A DNA stretch of 63,445 nucleotides, counting the filler, from Sphacelaria rigidula (taxonomy: Eukaryota), in NCBI GenBank assembly GCA_964200075.2. It is 6 parts of 6 records of this genome, joined end to end, with 100 filler letters (N's around TTAATTAATTAA, not from the genome) between each part and the next. Parts side by side here need not be neighbours in the genome. Positions count along the whole stretch, not along the records: positions 10,593 to 21,084 come from CAXNAA020006402.1; positions 21,185 to 31,675 come from CAXNAA020006403.1; 4 more parts are not named here. One strand, written 5' to 3'. A program made the position numbers and the translations under genes. The notes beneath the pieces were generated by a model. It did not search any database. It saw only the letters and a program-made list of their open reading frames with translations, and was not told the DNA's origin. Below are positions 11,977-23,509 of this stretch, one piece after another (position 1 is the stretch's first letter; each line of letters begins with the position of its first letter).

Positions 11977-12809
11977 AACACCGCGGCGTTCTGCCTTGTG
12001 TGTTGGGTCATCCGTACATTTTAGCAGCACCCCAGCACACATTTTCCCCTCAGTTGTCGCTGCATGAATAACGAAGAAATTGTTTGAGTGATGTTGGTTC
12101 TTGATTTTGGTCTTACTTTTGCTTGACTTCGGGTGTCGCGTGGGAACGATAAACTCTATATCCAGTAGTCTGAATGGTCGCCTGCAGCACGGATCTTGTG
12201 GGGTTGATATAAGTTTTTCTTCCATTGTATCACGTCTAATTCCTGGGTCCTATGCATTCAATATTTTTTTGATGTCCTTATACCTTACTCTGGGTAGTTA
12301 GCCTGTGATCACGGCAGGCCTCCGAATCAGATGCTCGGTACGGGACTCAAAAGGCACTGCGCAGAGATCGGAACGGTTTTCCATGCGAAAACATGAACCA
12401 CAAGACATGAATGCTTGACTAGCTAGCTAGCTGGTGCATTTGCGATGTTGTAATCGTCGCCTATTTCTGGTTCCGCGTGAACATGTTTTTGCGACCCCGA
12501 ATTTTTGTCTCCGTCTCGGTCCCCGTCTCCGTCGTAGGTCTTCCTTCAATAGCAGGCGTTTTGGAAAGCGTAACCGCTACGGACCTTCGGGCTTACTCTC
12601 TGTTGGTTTTGTCTGCGGTTTTCTACTCTCTGCACGTCGTCAGGTTAGGTGAGGAAAGTTGCTATTTTGCACCAAAAATGGCGCTTGACGCCCATGCGCA
12701 CGCACGTACGTGCATACACATGTGCAAAATGTGCTTTTTCGTTGTGGTTGTTCGCGGTGATGGGATGACTTTTTTGGTCTGTTTTGCCAGATACAACTGT
12801 TCTTGTACT

Positions 12810-13028
12810 TTTTTGTTGTTGTTGTCACACTTCAATTAAACTCCTCTCCGTCCTCGGGACGAGTCCGTGATCTCGAGGGATCAATTCATCCTCCCCCCCC
12901 CCGGTACACGCCTTGCATTTTGGTATTACCGCGGATTGGATCATGACTAACACTCCCGCACGGCGTGGACTCTCGTCAAGTGATGTATGTATATATATAT
13001 ATATATTGCTGTTCACTCACGTTCTCAA
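12810..13028 (-). mobile_element. SINE family B, partial copy with an internal (TA)n stretch
   Basis: Reverse-complement match to 24910-25100. Confidence 0.7.
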
Positions 13029-13363
13029 CGGGGTTAAATCAGATACTTGTCGACAAGAAGAACGAATACATCTGACGGGAGTCTACAGTAATCCGCGTTC
13101 TTCCGACCTACCGGCAAATATTTGCAATAGTTTCGGGAAAAAAAATATCATCTCCAGAAAATAATGAAACAAGTTTCCTTACTAGGTCAAGCAATAGATT
13201 GATTCAAGACTGACTGCAGATTTTCTCCAGAGGTCTACCGTCGGGTTTTTTTTTTTTGCGCGAGCACTTTTGTTTTTTGGAGGAGTCGGCAAAAATCCAA
13301 TGTTTCCTCTCTGGGTAACACCCCTAAATGTAGGAGAGTGCTCCTACAGCATATACCGTATTT

Positions 13364-13621
13364 TACGGTTCGGACGGATCATGCCTGATTCGAATCACCG
13401 AATCCACGATTTCTTGGGCCTGATTGCTCGAAAGAAAGAAAAAAGTCGACCGCTGGTCAGAAAGGTCTCCACGCAATTTTCGCGCCATTACACGTGCCTG
13501 GGCTGCGCGTACATGGGTTGCAACGCTCAAAACACAGCCGAAGGATTGGTTCGTATGGTACGAATCAAGTAGACTAAAATCGAGGAATTTCCAGACGAAT
13601 CATTCATTCGTTCGACCTTCT
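13364..13621. mobile_element. MITE of the CA(A/C)GG-TIR group, 8-bp TSD
   Basis: Degenerate TIRs TACGGTTCGGACGGAT / TTCGTTCGACCTTC, flanked by CCGTATTT (13356-13363) and CAGTATTT (13622-13629). Homologous to 25345-25510 and about 25690-25945. Confidence 0.7.
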
Positions 13622-14284
13622 CAGTATTTCTTGGGTTGAGGTATTCTTGTGAGATAGATCTTCCTGCCACCACAAAAGGCCCAACCGGACAATGCCCCCC
13701 TCACGACTTATGCTTGGCTTCCGGTGTTGACAGGTGTCCATGTGTCTCGACTGGAAACTCTAGACCTGGCGCGAGCGAAGGCAATCGCCGAGGTCCTGTA
13801 TTCAGGAGCTGCGCTGGTTGCCGCCGCGGTGATCGGCGGACAGGGATCGACGTTTTCCAGGTGCGTCATCTCCATTGCCGTTGCCAGTTTCGAAATGAGT
13901 CCCAATTTGGAGAGCACTTTCCTGAAGTCTTTGTGGTTCTGTATTTCCGGTTCCCTAGACAACACCCACGAGGATCATTTCTCACGGTCAAGAGCTTGGT
14001 GGCTGCCTGACCCCCACGACGGACTCGTACTCCCTGTGTGTTCCATGCTACATCCATTCCCATATGTGGATTCTACAAGTAGAGCACAAGCACAGCCCTC
14101 ACGGTAGCCAGTCTTCTGTGGGAGTATATGTAGTGTTCTTGTCAGTCGGTGCCTTCTTTTTTTTTTCGTGTAGATGCTTTGCTTTCTTGTCTTCCTCTCT
14201 TGACTTTTTGATTTATGGGTATGGATGGTATGCTCCCTGCACTCTGTGACCACGGGTTCGAGAAGTCGAGCCGATGTGACGGAA

Positions 14285-14385
14285 ATAATGATGATGGTAG
14301 TAATAGTAATAGTAAGAGTATATAAAACAATAATTATAATAATAATAGTAACAACAACAACAACAACAATAATGATGATGATCAT
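14285..14385. repeat. Compound trinucleotide microsatellite (ATG/AGT/AAT/AAC)
   Basis: Direct reading of the sequence. Confidence 0.9.
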
Positions 14386-15543
14386 TGCTCCGCGAATGCT
14401 GTGTGATTCGTCGAACCCAATTCCAGCAAGCGCTTTCGACCAACTGCCCGGACTTGCCGAAAGTGGTTGTTCCATTTTTTTCATGAGCACTTGATGTTTT
14501 TTGCAATAGCCTCAACTTTTTCAAGTGTCTGGTGTCTTTTGGATTTCAGTAAAAGCAAGTACGTGACATAAAAAATAGCCATGTAGAAGTTAACTCAACA
14601 CTGACCTACTATAATATAGAGCGAGACATTGTGCCTTTGTACTCTACGACGGTCAGTTAATCACTATTATAGATATCAAGCGACGATCAGGTCTTCGAGA
14701 ATCAAGATCGAGTACGTCTAACATGTCGGGTACTTGTATGGACCGAGACACGGAAAGGGCGATTGCCCAGTGAGCGACTGCGCTGAAATTTTGTGTTGCG
14801 TGAGGAGAACTTGTAATTTCGAAGGCAGATATTTGCGGGATATTTTCCCTCTTATGTGGTAATGTTCATATCGCCCGCCCTCTTATGAGCATCTTTGTAC
14901 ATTCCATGACGAGCAGAAGGGTGTGAAGGAACAATGACCTTTTCGACTTGCTAGCGGTGAGGGTTTTGGTAGACCACTCTTCAGATCTGTTGTGCGCGTG
15001 TTGGGTTGCTGAGCATTTCCGCAGAAAACATTCCCGTGAGTTTGCGACCTGTGCTTGACACAATATTCACGGAGCAATTTTCTCTTCTCCCACCACTCCT
15101 ACGACTCTTTGTCGCCCGCTTAATTTTGGAGGAGTTTCCCTGTTTCGTCGCGTTGGTGGGGCTAATCATTTAAACCATACAGAGTTATCTCAAGGTGTTG
15201 ACAATGTGAAGAGGTGGTTTTCTCTGACGGACGTTTGCCGGATTTCCCCCCTCCTACATGGTTGTATTTTGAGTCATGCGAAGAGTTCAACCGAAACTCC
15301 AGCGGGTTCATTCATGATGCGAAAGTTTTGTACGCAATCTACAACGGGTCGATGTATGACACTAGGAGTTCGTATGGTTGACAGTTACTAAATTAGAGCT
15401 GTTCGTACTCTTGATGTAAAAAAGACGGCCGAAATATGGTTTTGACTGTCTAACTGTTGTGGTAAACAACTTTAGAGTAGTCCGGTGGTTGAAAATAGAA
15501 CTTACCGTGGTAGGGAATGGCACATGTATCCGTGAGAGGAAAA

Positions 15544-18480
15544 TGTTGGAATCCTTTTTTTTCCACGTCTTGTATTATTTTGAATGTTGGGGGATATTGC
15601 ACGTGCATGAGGCCGGTCGCCCTGGTGGCTCAGTTGGTAACCTCGAACCCTTCTCACGACTGGGACGTGGATTCTAATCTCGGTGAAAGCACACGATCTG
15701 GGATTTCTTCTCACACCATGCCGAGCAGTGGAGAGCGACCATGTCTCGAGTCCACAAAAATTCACGGTCGACGAGGGAAAGGGATCGCTGAACCCCTCTC
15801 GAGACAAAATATAAGGCAAGCACCGCAGAAGGAAGGTGGAGTGCTAAAACGAAAGAAAATATAAAATCTCATGTTTTGACCTTCCTGTATGATCATGGCT
15901 GATACGCCCACATGTATCGAAAGGTGTAGACTAGCGTCCGGAATAGACAGGATGACAACACAAACATACACACACGCACCACAAGCAGTCAGACGACTGA
16001 GTTTCTACCAGCCAGAAACGACATGGGGATGTACTTGATAAATGAAATGTATGCAAACCCCATTGGGATCGTCTTGTGCCTCATCACTGTGGCATTTGTC
16101 CTGATCGAGACAGCTTTCTACGCAGCTCTAGCCTGGCTTTGCGTGCACCTACCCATCCCTCATCACTTATACTCATGCCATTTAGTCACTGTATATACAC
16201 AGTTAGCCGATACATTCCAACAGGTTATGGGCCTTGACTCGTGTAAGAACGCGATCTAAAGGAACGATACCCTCAACGGTAGAGCTGCAGCCGAACTAGA
16301 TAATGTTGAAGGTCAACGAAGAGTACGATATAATGAGAGCTCCACGTGGACTGGCGCCAAAAAGGACAGACTCCGCCAGCAGTATCACCACGCTCACCAG
16401 AGGCATCCCAAGCTTTGATGGGACGCCAAGGAATTTTTAAGATTAATCAAGAACACTTCGGACCATGCTCACAGGGGCATCACGACGTGGTCTCTGCATG
16501 ACCCAGAGTGGAAAAACAGGCCCCGAAGCCGAGTGCAACAAATGCTACCGCAGAGTCAAACTGGAAGGAAGAGCGAGTAAAGAAGTGCTTTAAGCATTCT
16601 ATACCTCACGACATGTGGTGCAGCACAAGTGCTGCTTCGCACGAGCTGAAGGTTGGACGTGCTGGAGACGAACGACAACTAGCATCTGAGCAACGAGTCG
16701 ATGGACAAGGCGCCTGTACACCGATCACTCCTCGACAAGTAGCAGAGCCACAGCAAGCGAAGTCGCCGCATTCTCATCACGACAATCGATTCTCTCCAAA
16801 TGCACCCGTGAATCGACCCCCGATGTTTTCATCTTCAAGCTTCGTTTCTTGAGGGCTGGGTTGGCAATAATGAAATAAACTGTGACGGACGTTGCGGTTC
16901 GAAGGTATTCTACCATTAATAGCTGGAAATACCAACGAGCATGAATGTGTAAGGACAGAAATTCTCAAAAGCCCGGATTCGAGTTTCGACCAGATGACCA
17001 ACATGGCAAGGAACTTGTGCGGTAGCATACATCCGGCTAAGGTAACCGGACGGAGGGGTTCCGGCAGACGTAACATCGACAAAGTACTTATGGGTTCCAC
17101 GTCGAAACCAGATATGACGTACTTCGGTTGTGTCGCCAACGCTCAAAGACAAGAGTAATAATCCGAAAAACACAGTCGAATAACCATGCAGGTACCACCT
17201 GGTGTTCGCTACGTACCACAGCATGGCATTCAAATGCTGAGAGTAAATTGAAAGCAAGACGGGAAGCTAGAAAGAAGGCCCCAAGCAACGGGCAGAAAAC
17301 ACATGAGGCCCACGGCGAGAGCCACCGGGATATAAATGCAGCTACAACCACAGAGAGTTTTACGACTTTGTCCAGCAACGACGTCTTCTCGAACGCCCAG
17401 CACCGCTACATTACGGTGCTTCAGTTCAGGACTACAAGCACTATAGGAAAAGGTCTCCAGCGATCAGTGCGCTGAATCTACGATATCTGGTCTCAATCTT
17501 GCAGCCGACGAGAAACGAGGATCAAGTTACACCGTAGAAGAAAACAACCTGCTGATGGTCGCCGACTGTGGAGCGAGCGATCACTTCATCGCCAGCAACT
17601 TTAATCCATGGGAAAATGAAGAGCTACATAGATCTAGCAACAGCGGGAATACATGAAAAGTACTCGGCACGGCATCTGGTACACCACAAGTGATTCATCA
17701 AGGACGAGAACAACATGGACGTTATCGCGGGACTGGAAGTCAATCTGGCGCCCGGAATCGCACGCCCTCTCTTCTCGTGAGTGACTGCACAAGAGAGAAA
17801 GAGAGAGAGAGAGAGGAATGAGCACAATCATCCCAAACGATCGAAGGGTGGAGATCAACGGACTGTAAGTTCCTACCGGAATGGTGTCATCATCTACTGA
17901 TTCTAGATTTTCAAATTTTGGATCGCACCTATGGACTCAGTCAAAGTGCCCGATATGGCTCTGAGCGCCGAGGGTGGCGCTAGCATATGGCGTGTCCGCC
18001 CACAACACGGATACCCGGAAGCAGGAACGCAACCTGCATCCAGACGCTACCGATGAACGTTACTCTCGGTGAAGAGGATTCCGATCTGATTTCATCACGA
18101 CGATTCTCGAAGTGCGAGACACAGGACGGGAGACACCGCCGAATATTACACGGACTACGACCTCGACGTGTTCGACTAGAGTCGACGACTGGGCATCAGG
18201 ACCGTGGATCTATCTACTCGTACACACCTCGAGCATCCTAATGACTGACAACGAATGAGTTCCCGACAATGAAGATCCAGGGAACAGAACACATCATCTT
18301 CACCCGCAGCTGCGGGTCCAGCACCGATAGGTTCGACAAGAATCACCCGATTTAAAGAAGGTCCGGCAACTGCGGTCGATGATTCAAGACTTGCACCCTG
18401 GCGCAGTATATCAGCTCGTGGCACCCTCGACGTTTACACCGTATCCACTGACGATAAATTACCGAACGGGTGGGGAACAT
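15544..18480 (+). mobile_element. Heavily decayed Ty1/Copia retrotransposon (5' LTR, PBS, gag and protease remnants)
   Basis: The LTR end ATTCCAACA (16222) is followed by the copia-type PBS GGTTATGGGCC (16223-16233); the complementary TGTTGGAAT at 15544 is the probable LTR start. Gag remnants IPSFDGTPRNF and WCSLRTTAWHSNAE; protease motif LMVADCGASDHFI near 17552. The 3' boundary is approximate. Confidence 0.75.
15612..15976 (+). mobile_element. tRNA-derived SINE family A, near full length, apparently inserted in the Copia LTR
   Basis: GCCGGTCGCCCTGGTGGCTCAGTTGG head, conserved body and CA-rich tail. Confidence 0.82.
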
Positions 18481-20137
18481 GAATAACGCGAAGCGAAATT
18501 CCCTAGATCAGAACAACCCATGTCCAAACCCCAAACATATTGATTACTTGTCGTACATACGAACAATCTTCTGTTTCCCCCACAGGAGGGCATCAATTGT
18601 TCATTCTGCACTACCAACTCTAGACCTTCTCAAGTTGGAACTGGGGGGGATTATTGACCCTTTTTTTTCGTCACCAAGGGCAGGGCCCTGGTCCTCTGGG
18701 TTGAAAGACCCTCGTCAATTCGGTATGGGTCCATTAGCGGCAGTCCCCTATCTTTTTTTTCTTGGAAGGAGGAAACCTGACCCAACTCTTCCCCCGCAAG
18801 CAGGTTCGTGTACCGATCACCCGGAGGCTTGGCCAGACGGCCTCGTGGCAGTGATGTGGCATGTAGGGTAGGCGCCTTGAGCGTTCGCATGCTTTACTAA
18901 AGGCAGTGTAGGGGTCGGACCCACCGAAACCCCCTTTTAACTTGGCGCAGCGCACGTGCCGCCATGCTCCCAATAGCTTCGGCCCTAATAGCGATAGTCC
19001 TTCGACAGGCCGTGTTTGATCCGTTACTGTGGGTGATGACGTACAGAAATCAAGCACCCCTTTCCGTACGCCGTGTATCTCCTAGCCCCTTGCCATGTTC
19101 GCGTACGAACCATATTCAAGATTCCCACGTCGGACGGACTCAAGAGGTGAGGTCATTTTTCATGCCAACAGCTTTTGGATATCGTTGCTTTGGCTCGTCA
19201 CCCACACCTTCCGAACCTTGCGATTCCCCTTTCTTGCGCCCTTGCCCAGATTTGCCTCTTCTCTGGTGTCACAACCTGGATATCTTGTCTTGTTTGGCGC
19301 CGTGACGCTCTGGAACGGAGCGGTCACGGCAGCGTACGCCATGTGGGCGATGACCAGAGGGCAGGCGGTGGTAGCCCCTAGCGAGGTAGGTGCAGCACTG
19401 TCGTAGTACAGGCGAGGGATCATAGGATAACATCCACGACAAAACCGTTGGCCTTTACCCGAGACCGATGAAATGATTGTCTACTACTACGCTGCCAGAA
19501 CGCGGCTCCTCGACTGTAACCATGCCGCTTAGTTTCGTTGCATGGTCATCATCCAGTGGCGAGGATCATAGTTGACCAGTTAGGAACAGCGCAGCTGTGT
19601 TGCACTCACAGCATGGGTGCTTGGTATTTTGTCGCGTACCCCTCTTGTTTTGATTTGTAGTTCTGTTTGCCGTGGTAAACTCATGTCCGCAAGCACTGTA
19701 TATAGGTGAATAATTGTTGTGGTACGGAGCAGCATATCTCCATTCGGTTTGCTTTCCAGGCATTCATTCCCCCTGAAGGCAAGCGGCAATCACGGTATTT
19801 GTTGTCAGTGCCGTCATCCAACTGCATGTTTTTTCAGCTCAAAAGTTGCCATCCTGTGAACTAAAACCAACTTATCGGTTGGGCTTTTGAGCGGAGTTTG
19901 ACTGCTCACAATCAATTGGTGCCTCGCGCGTTGTGATTCCGCAGGCGAACTTGGTTTACTCCACGCAGCCGTTGTGGGCTACCCTATTTTCGGTCGTGCT
20001 CCTCAAGGTCAGTACCTATTGTGCTTGTACGCTCAGATTAGCTCGCGTTATGTCAAACGGTTCATGAGAAAACTGCTCCCAGGGACGACAGACTACAGCA
20101 GTGGGTTCGCGAGTAGATGCAGTGTGCAGCACACACA

Positions 20138-20461
20138 TTTTTTTTGTCGCACTTTGAACCCCTCCCGTTCCTGTGGACGAGTCCGCAGTCTAACAGTCTC
20201 GAAGGATCTTCCCCTCTTTCCCCCGGATCACGCCTTGCATTTTGGTCTCGAGGATTCGATCATGACCATCAGCATTTCCTCACCGCGTCAACTCACGTCA
20301 AACAAACTCAGTCGACTGCTTTGTTTACTCACGTTTTCACGCTTTCCAAGGTGGAGATAAGATATTGCGAAGAAAATATCTAACGCATCGAAAATCGAAC
20401 CCTCGTTCTCTCCACCCTAATGGCGACAGTCGGATCATCAACCCCACCGGGGAGAGGCGGC
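20138..20461 (-). mobile_element. tRNA-derived SINE family B, full length
   Basis: Reverse complement of 24791-25111, including the head with B-box GGTTCGATT. Confidence 0.82.
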
Positions 20462-20819
20462 CCAAACACACACATTGATATTGAGAGTCTTAGAGAGAGT
20501 GAGTCCCTCCTTGGGGGATAAGATAACTATTATAGCAAGTTAATGGTCGTAAGGAATGATCCACATGGATGTTGACTATGGACCCGGAAGTACGAAACTC
20601 CGGGAACGTCGAGAATATGCTCTCCAAATTCAGCATATGTTGTGTTGTGTCAACCCAAAAAAGAATCTGCGCAGTACAGTTGCACTATCTGGTTCTTCCA
20701 CGTGTGCCAAATAATGTGCGATTTTGCTTTCCTCTGATCGGCCTTTCGTCGTATTGTTACATGCGTCTGTGTGTTTGTTTTGGTGTCATGCTTGTCAAAC
20801 TGTGATACCCCCCCCCCCC

Positions 20820-21084
20820 TCCTCGATTTTGCGCGCTTGCATTTTTTTTGCGGTAACCATGATGGTAGTCGAGCTAGATCATGTTGTGCGGCGTGGAAGA
20901 ACCTCAACTACGCACGAGGGGGATGATTGTTCCACGTAGTGCTTACATGGTGAGACACCCATGCGGCAGTGTTTAAACCGCGGCTGTCTCTGGAAGTGGC
21001 GATACCAGAAAATAAAGCAACTCATTGGAGGCTGTCATCCGAATGCAAGATAAGCAGTAGGCTTTGGGCCGAAAAATCTTAGCA
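20820..21084 (-). repeat. Interspersed repeat family C (3' part)
   Basis: Reverse-complement similarity to 22080-22220 and 29080-29310. Confidence 0.7.
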
Positions 21085-21184
21085 NNNNNNNNNNNNNNNN
21101 NNNNNNNNNNNNNNNNNNNNNNNNNNNNTTAATTAATTAANNNNNNNNNNNNNNNNNNNNNNNNNNNNNNNNNNNNNNNNNNNN

Positions 21185-21226
<42 letters not shown>

Positions 21227-21904
21227 AAATAACGTGGCACTTCTGGACCCATGTGTAGCATAATGAGCATGGCGCCTGCCCCATCCACGCCCTTTTCCCG
21301 CCCCCCCCATCTTCACGGGACCGTAAGGCAGTGGTCGGTATCGCGCGCTCCGGATTGATTAAATGACGCCCCCTTGTATTTGTTGTTCAAAACATTCTCC
21401 CCGCTCTTGGGTTCTATCTTTACCCATACGTCGTCCTCTAATATCAGCACGTTTTCATATGTCTGGCGGATTGTTCGTCTGTACTCACTAGCGCTTCGTT
21501 GCAGCAGCTAGGAAATCGGAGGCCTCGCAGGCGGCGAGGACGGAGAGCAGGGGGGAAGCTGTTCTTTTTGACTGGTAGAACGAGATGAGCCCCCCCCAGG
21601 AGCACCACTTGGTGTCCCCCTATTGGCCCAGGTGAGCGAAGAGAGCAATGCCTCTTGACCCTACAACCGCCGAGGTGGGTCATCTGTTGAGTTCCCATCA
21701 TTTTGCTCGAGAAGTGGCTGTAATACCCGAGTAACCCACCCTAGCGCTCAAAGGGTTCGATGTAACTCATGCCGCTAAGGTTCAGCTGATATTTCGGTAT
21801 GACGTAGCGGGGTTAGGTTCGACATCTTGTGCAATTTGCACAAGTCGATGCATGTCCTATGAAGATAGGTTCGCACATGGTTGCCATACGGGGAGGCAGG
21901 AAAG

Positions 21905-22220
21905 GAGGGAGAGGGTACTCATGATCTTGCATGCCATAGTCATGTGACCATTGACATTGCATCCCTACAAGGCCGAGACGGGGCACGCTGGTTTTTCGCC
22001 AGACCAGGCTCGCAGTCAATCACCAAGCGTGAAGCGCCGTGGTGTGTTCGGCGAGTCGCATGAAGGGTGAGCTGCATCCTGCTAAGATTGTTCGGTCCGA
22101 ACCGTATTGATTATCTTGCATTTGGATGACAGCCTCGAATGAGTTGCTTCATTTTCTGCTATCGCCAACTCCAGAGACAAGCCGTGGCCTACACACTGCC
22201 TCATGAGTGTCTCGCCATTT
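21905..22220 (+). repeat. Interspersed repeat family C
   Basis: GGGTACTCATGATCTTGCATGCCATAGTCAT...CCAGGCTCGCAGTCAATCACCAAGCG, shared with 28895-29390 and 30960-31155. Confidence 0.8.
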
Positions 22221-22556
22221 GTTGCTTACCTTGGTCATTTGACCGTTGACCACGTATCCCTTTCGAGATGGAGTACCGCTCCTACTCCTAATAAAGACAC
22301 CTCCAACATTTGAGCGCCCATTACGTTTTCCCTATACGTTACACTAAATACTTCTACATTTCTCGTCCCCGTCCTGTTTCGCCATCTGCGGCCACCATCT
22401 TTATCCTAGCATAGCTATCGTTTTCTCGCTACTATCTAGTGTACCAAACAATTTCATGTCACATGCGGTCAGTCCTCACATTTCCCCCTGGGGGCCGGGA
22501 CCCGAGGGATGGCAGGGAGGATGGGGCGGGGGGAGGATCGGCATTGTGATATTGAA

Positions 22557-22917
22557 GCCGGTTGCCCCGGTGGCTTAGTTGGTCACCTCGAAACCCTGTG
22601 ACGGTTGGGACGTGGATTCCAACCTCGGTGAAGTCACACGATCCGGGATTTATCTTCACACAATGCCCAACAGTGGAGAATGACTTTATCGTGAATACAC
22701 AAAAGTCGACGAGGGAAAGGAATTCCTGAACTTTTGTCGGGATTGAAAGGAAGGCAAGCACCGCAGAGGGAAGGAAGGAGGGGCACTGAAACAGAACGAG
22801 AAAGAGAACTCATGTGTTGACCTTCCTCTTGTGTAGCCGTGGCTGATGTGCTCACATGTACCGAAAGGTGTAGACTAGCGTGCAGAATAGATGGGATGAC
22901 AACACAAAAGATACACA
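22557..22917 (+). mobile_element. tRNA-derived SINE family A
   Basis: Head GCCGGTTGCCCCGGTGGCTTAGTTGG, with body and tail as in the other copies. Confidence 0.8.
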
Positions 22918-23509
22918 GGGGCGTGGGGGGGGCAGGCATGAGACAGATTCGTCTGTTTCCCGTGGCGTATTTTAGTTCAAAACCTTACTGTACTGTACAG
23001 AAGTGAATTGTAACTAGAGGAAACTCTGTGAAACGGATGATTGTAACGCATGTGGTGACGGAAGAAATGTTTTCGGGATTCTTGTCCCCTCAAGTCCAAG
23101 GAAAATAATCTATTGTGTAGCCTTTCCATAGAGCACTGCTTTGTTGAAGGAAGATATATTTTCGAGACCCACTGGGGCCCGCTTCTGCTTCATCATCCGT
23201 TCATTAAAGGTTCGCCGCGTTGTGTTTTATTTTTCGTTTCTTACTCTTTTCAACATTTATATCTGGACTGCTGGTCTCCCGCACCCGACCACGCGCTGGA
23301 TAATGGCAATGGATTACCTTGTACAAGAATGTACTGGGTACAGTATGGAATATTTTGTCTATTGCAATAGACGCAATAGTCAATACTGTACGCAGTACGC
23401 TTTTTGACGATGTATTCCATTGTCATTATTTAGGGTGTGCATCCGACCCCCAACCCCCGTGTTTACTTTGGTGACTGCGACGTATGACTTTTTTTGTGCA
23501 AAATGACAG

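Noticed and set aside
13975..14524. Hydrophobic membrane-like ORFs
   Set aside because: Translation of a trinucleotide microsatellite.
18500..19560. Possible decayed non-LTR retrotransposon (similar coding-like relics at 13630-14000, 40600-41500, 53100-53550, 60880-61450, 62480-63350)
   Set aside because: No diagnostic motif was recognisable by eye; a frameshift-aware translated search is needed.
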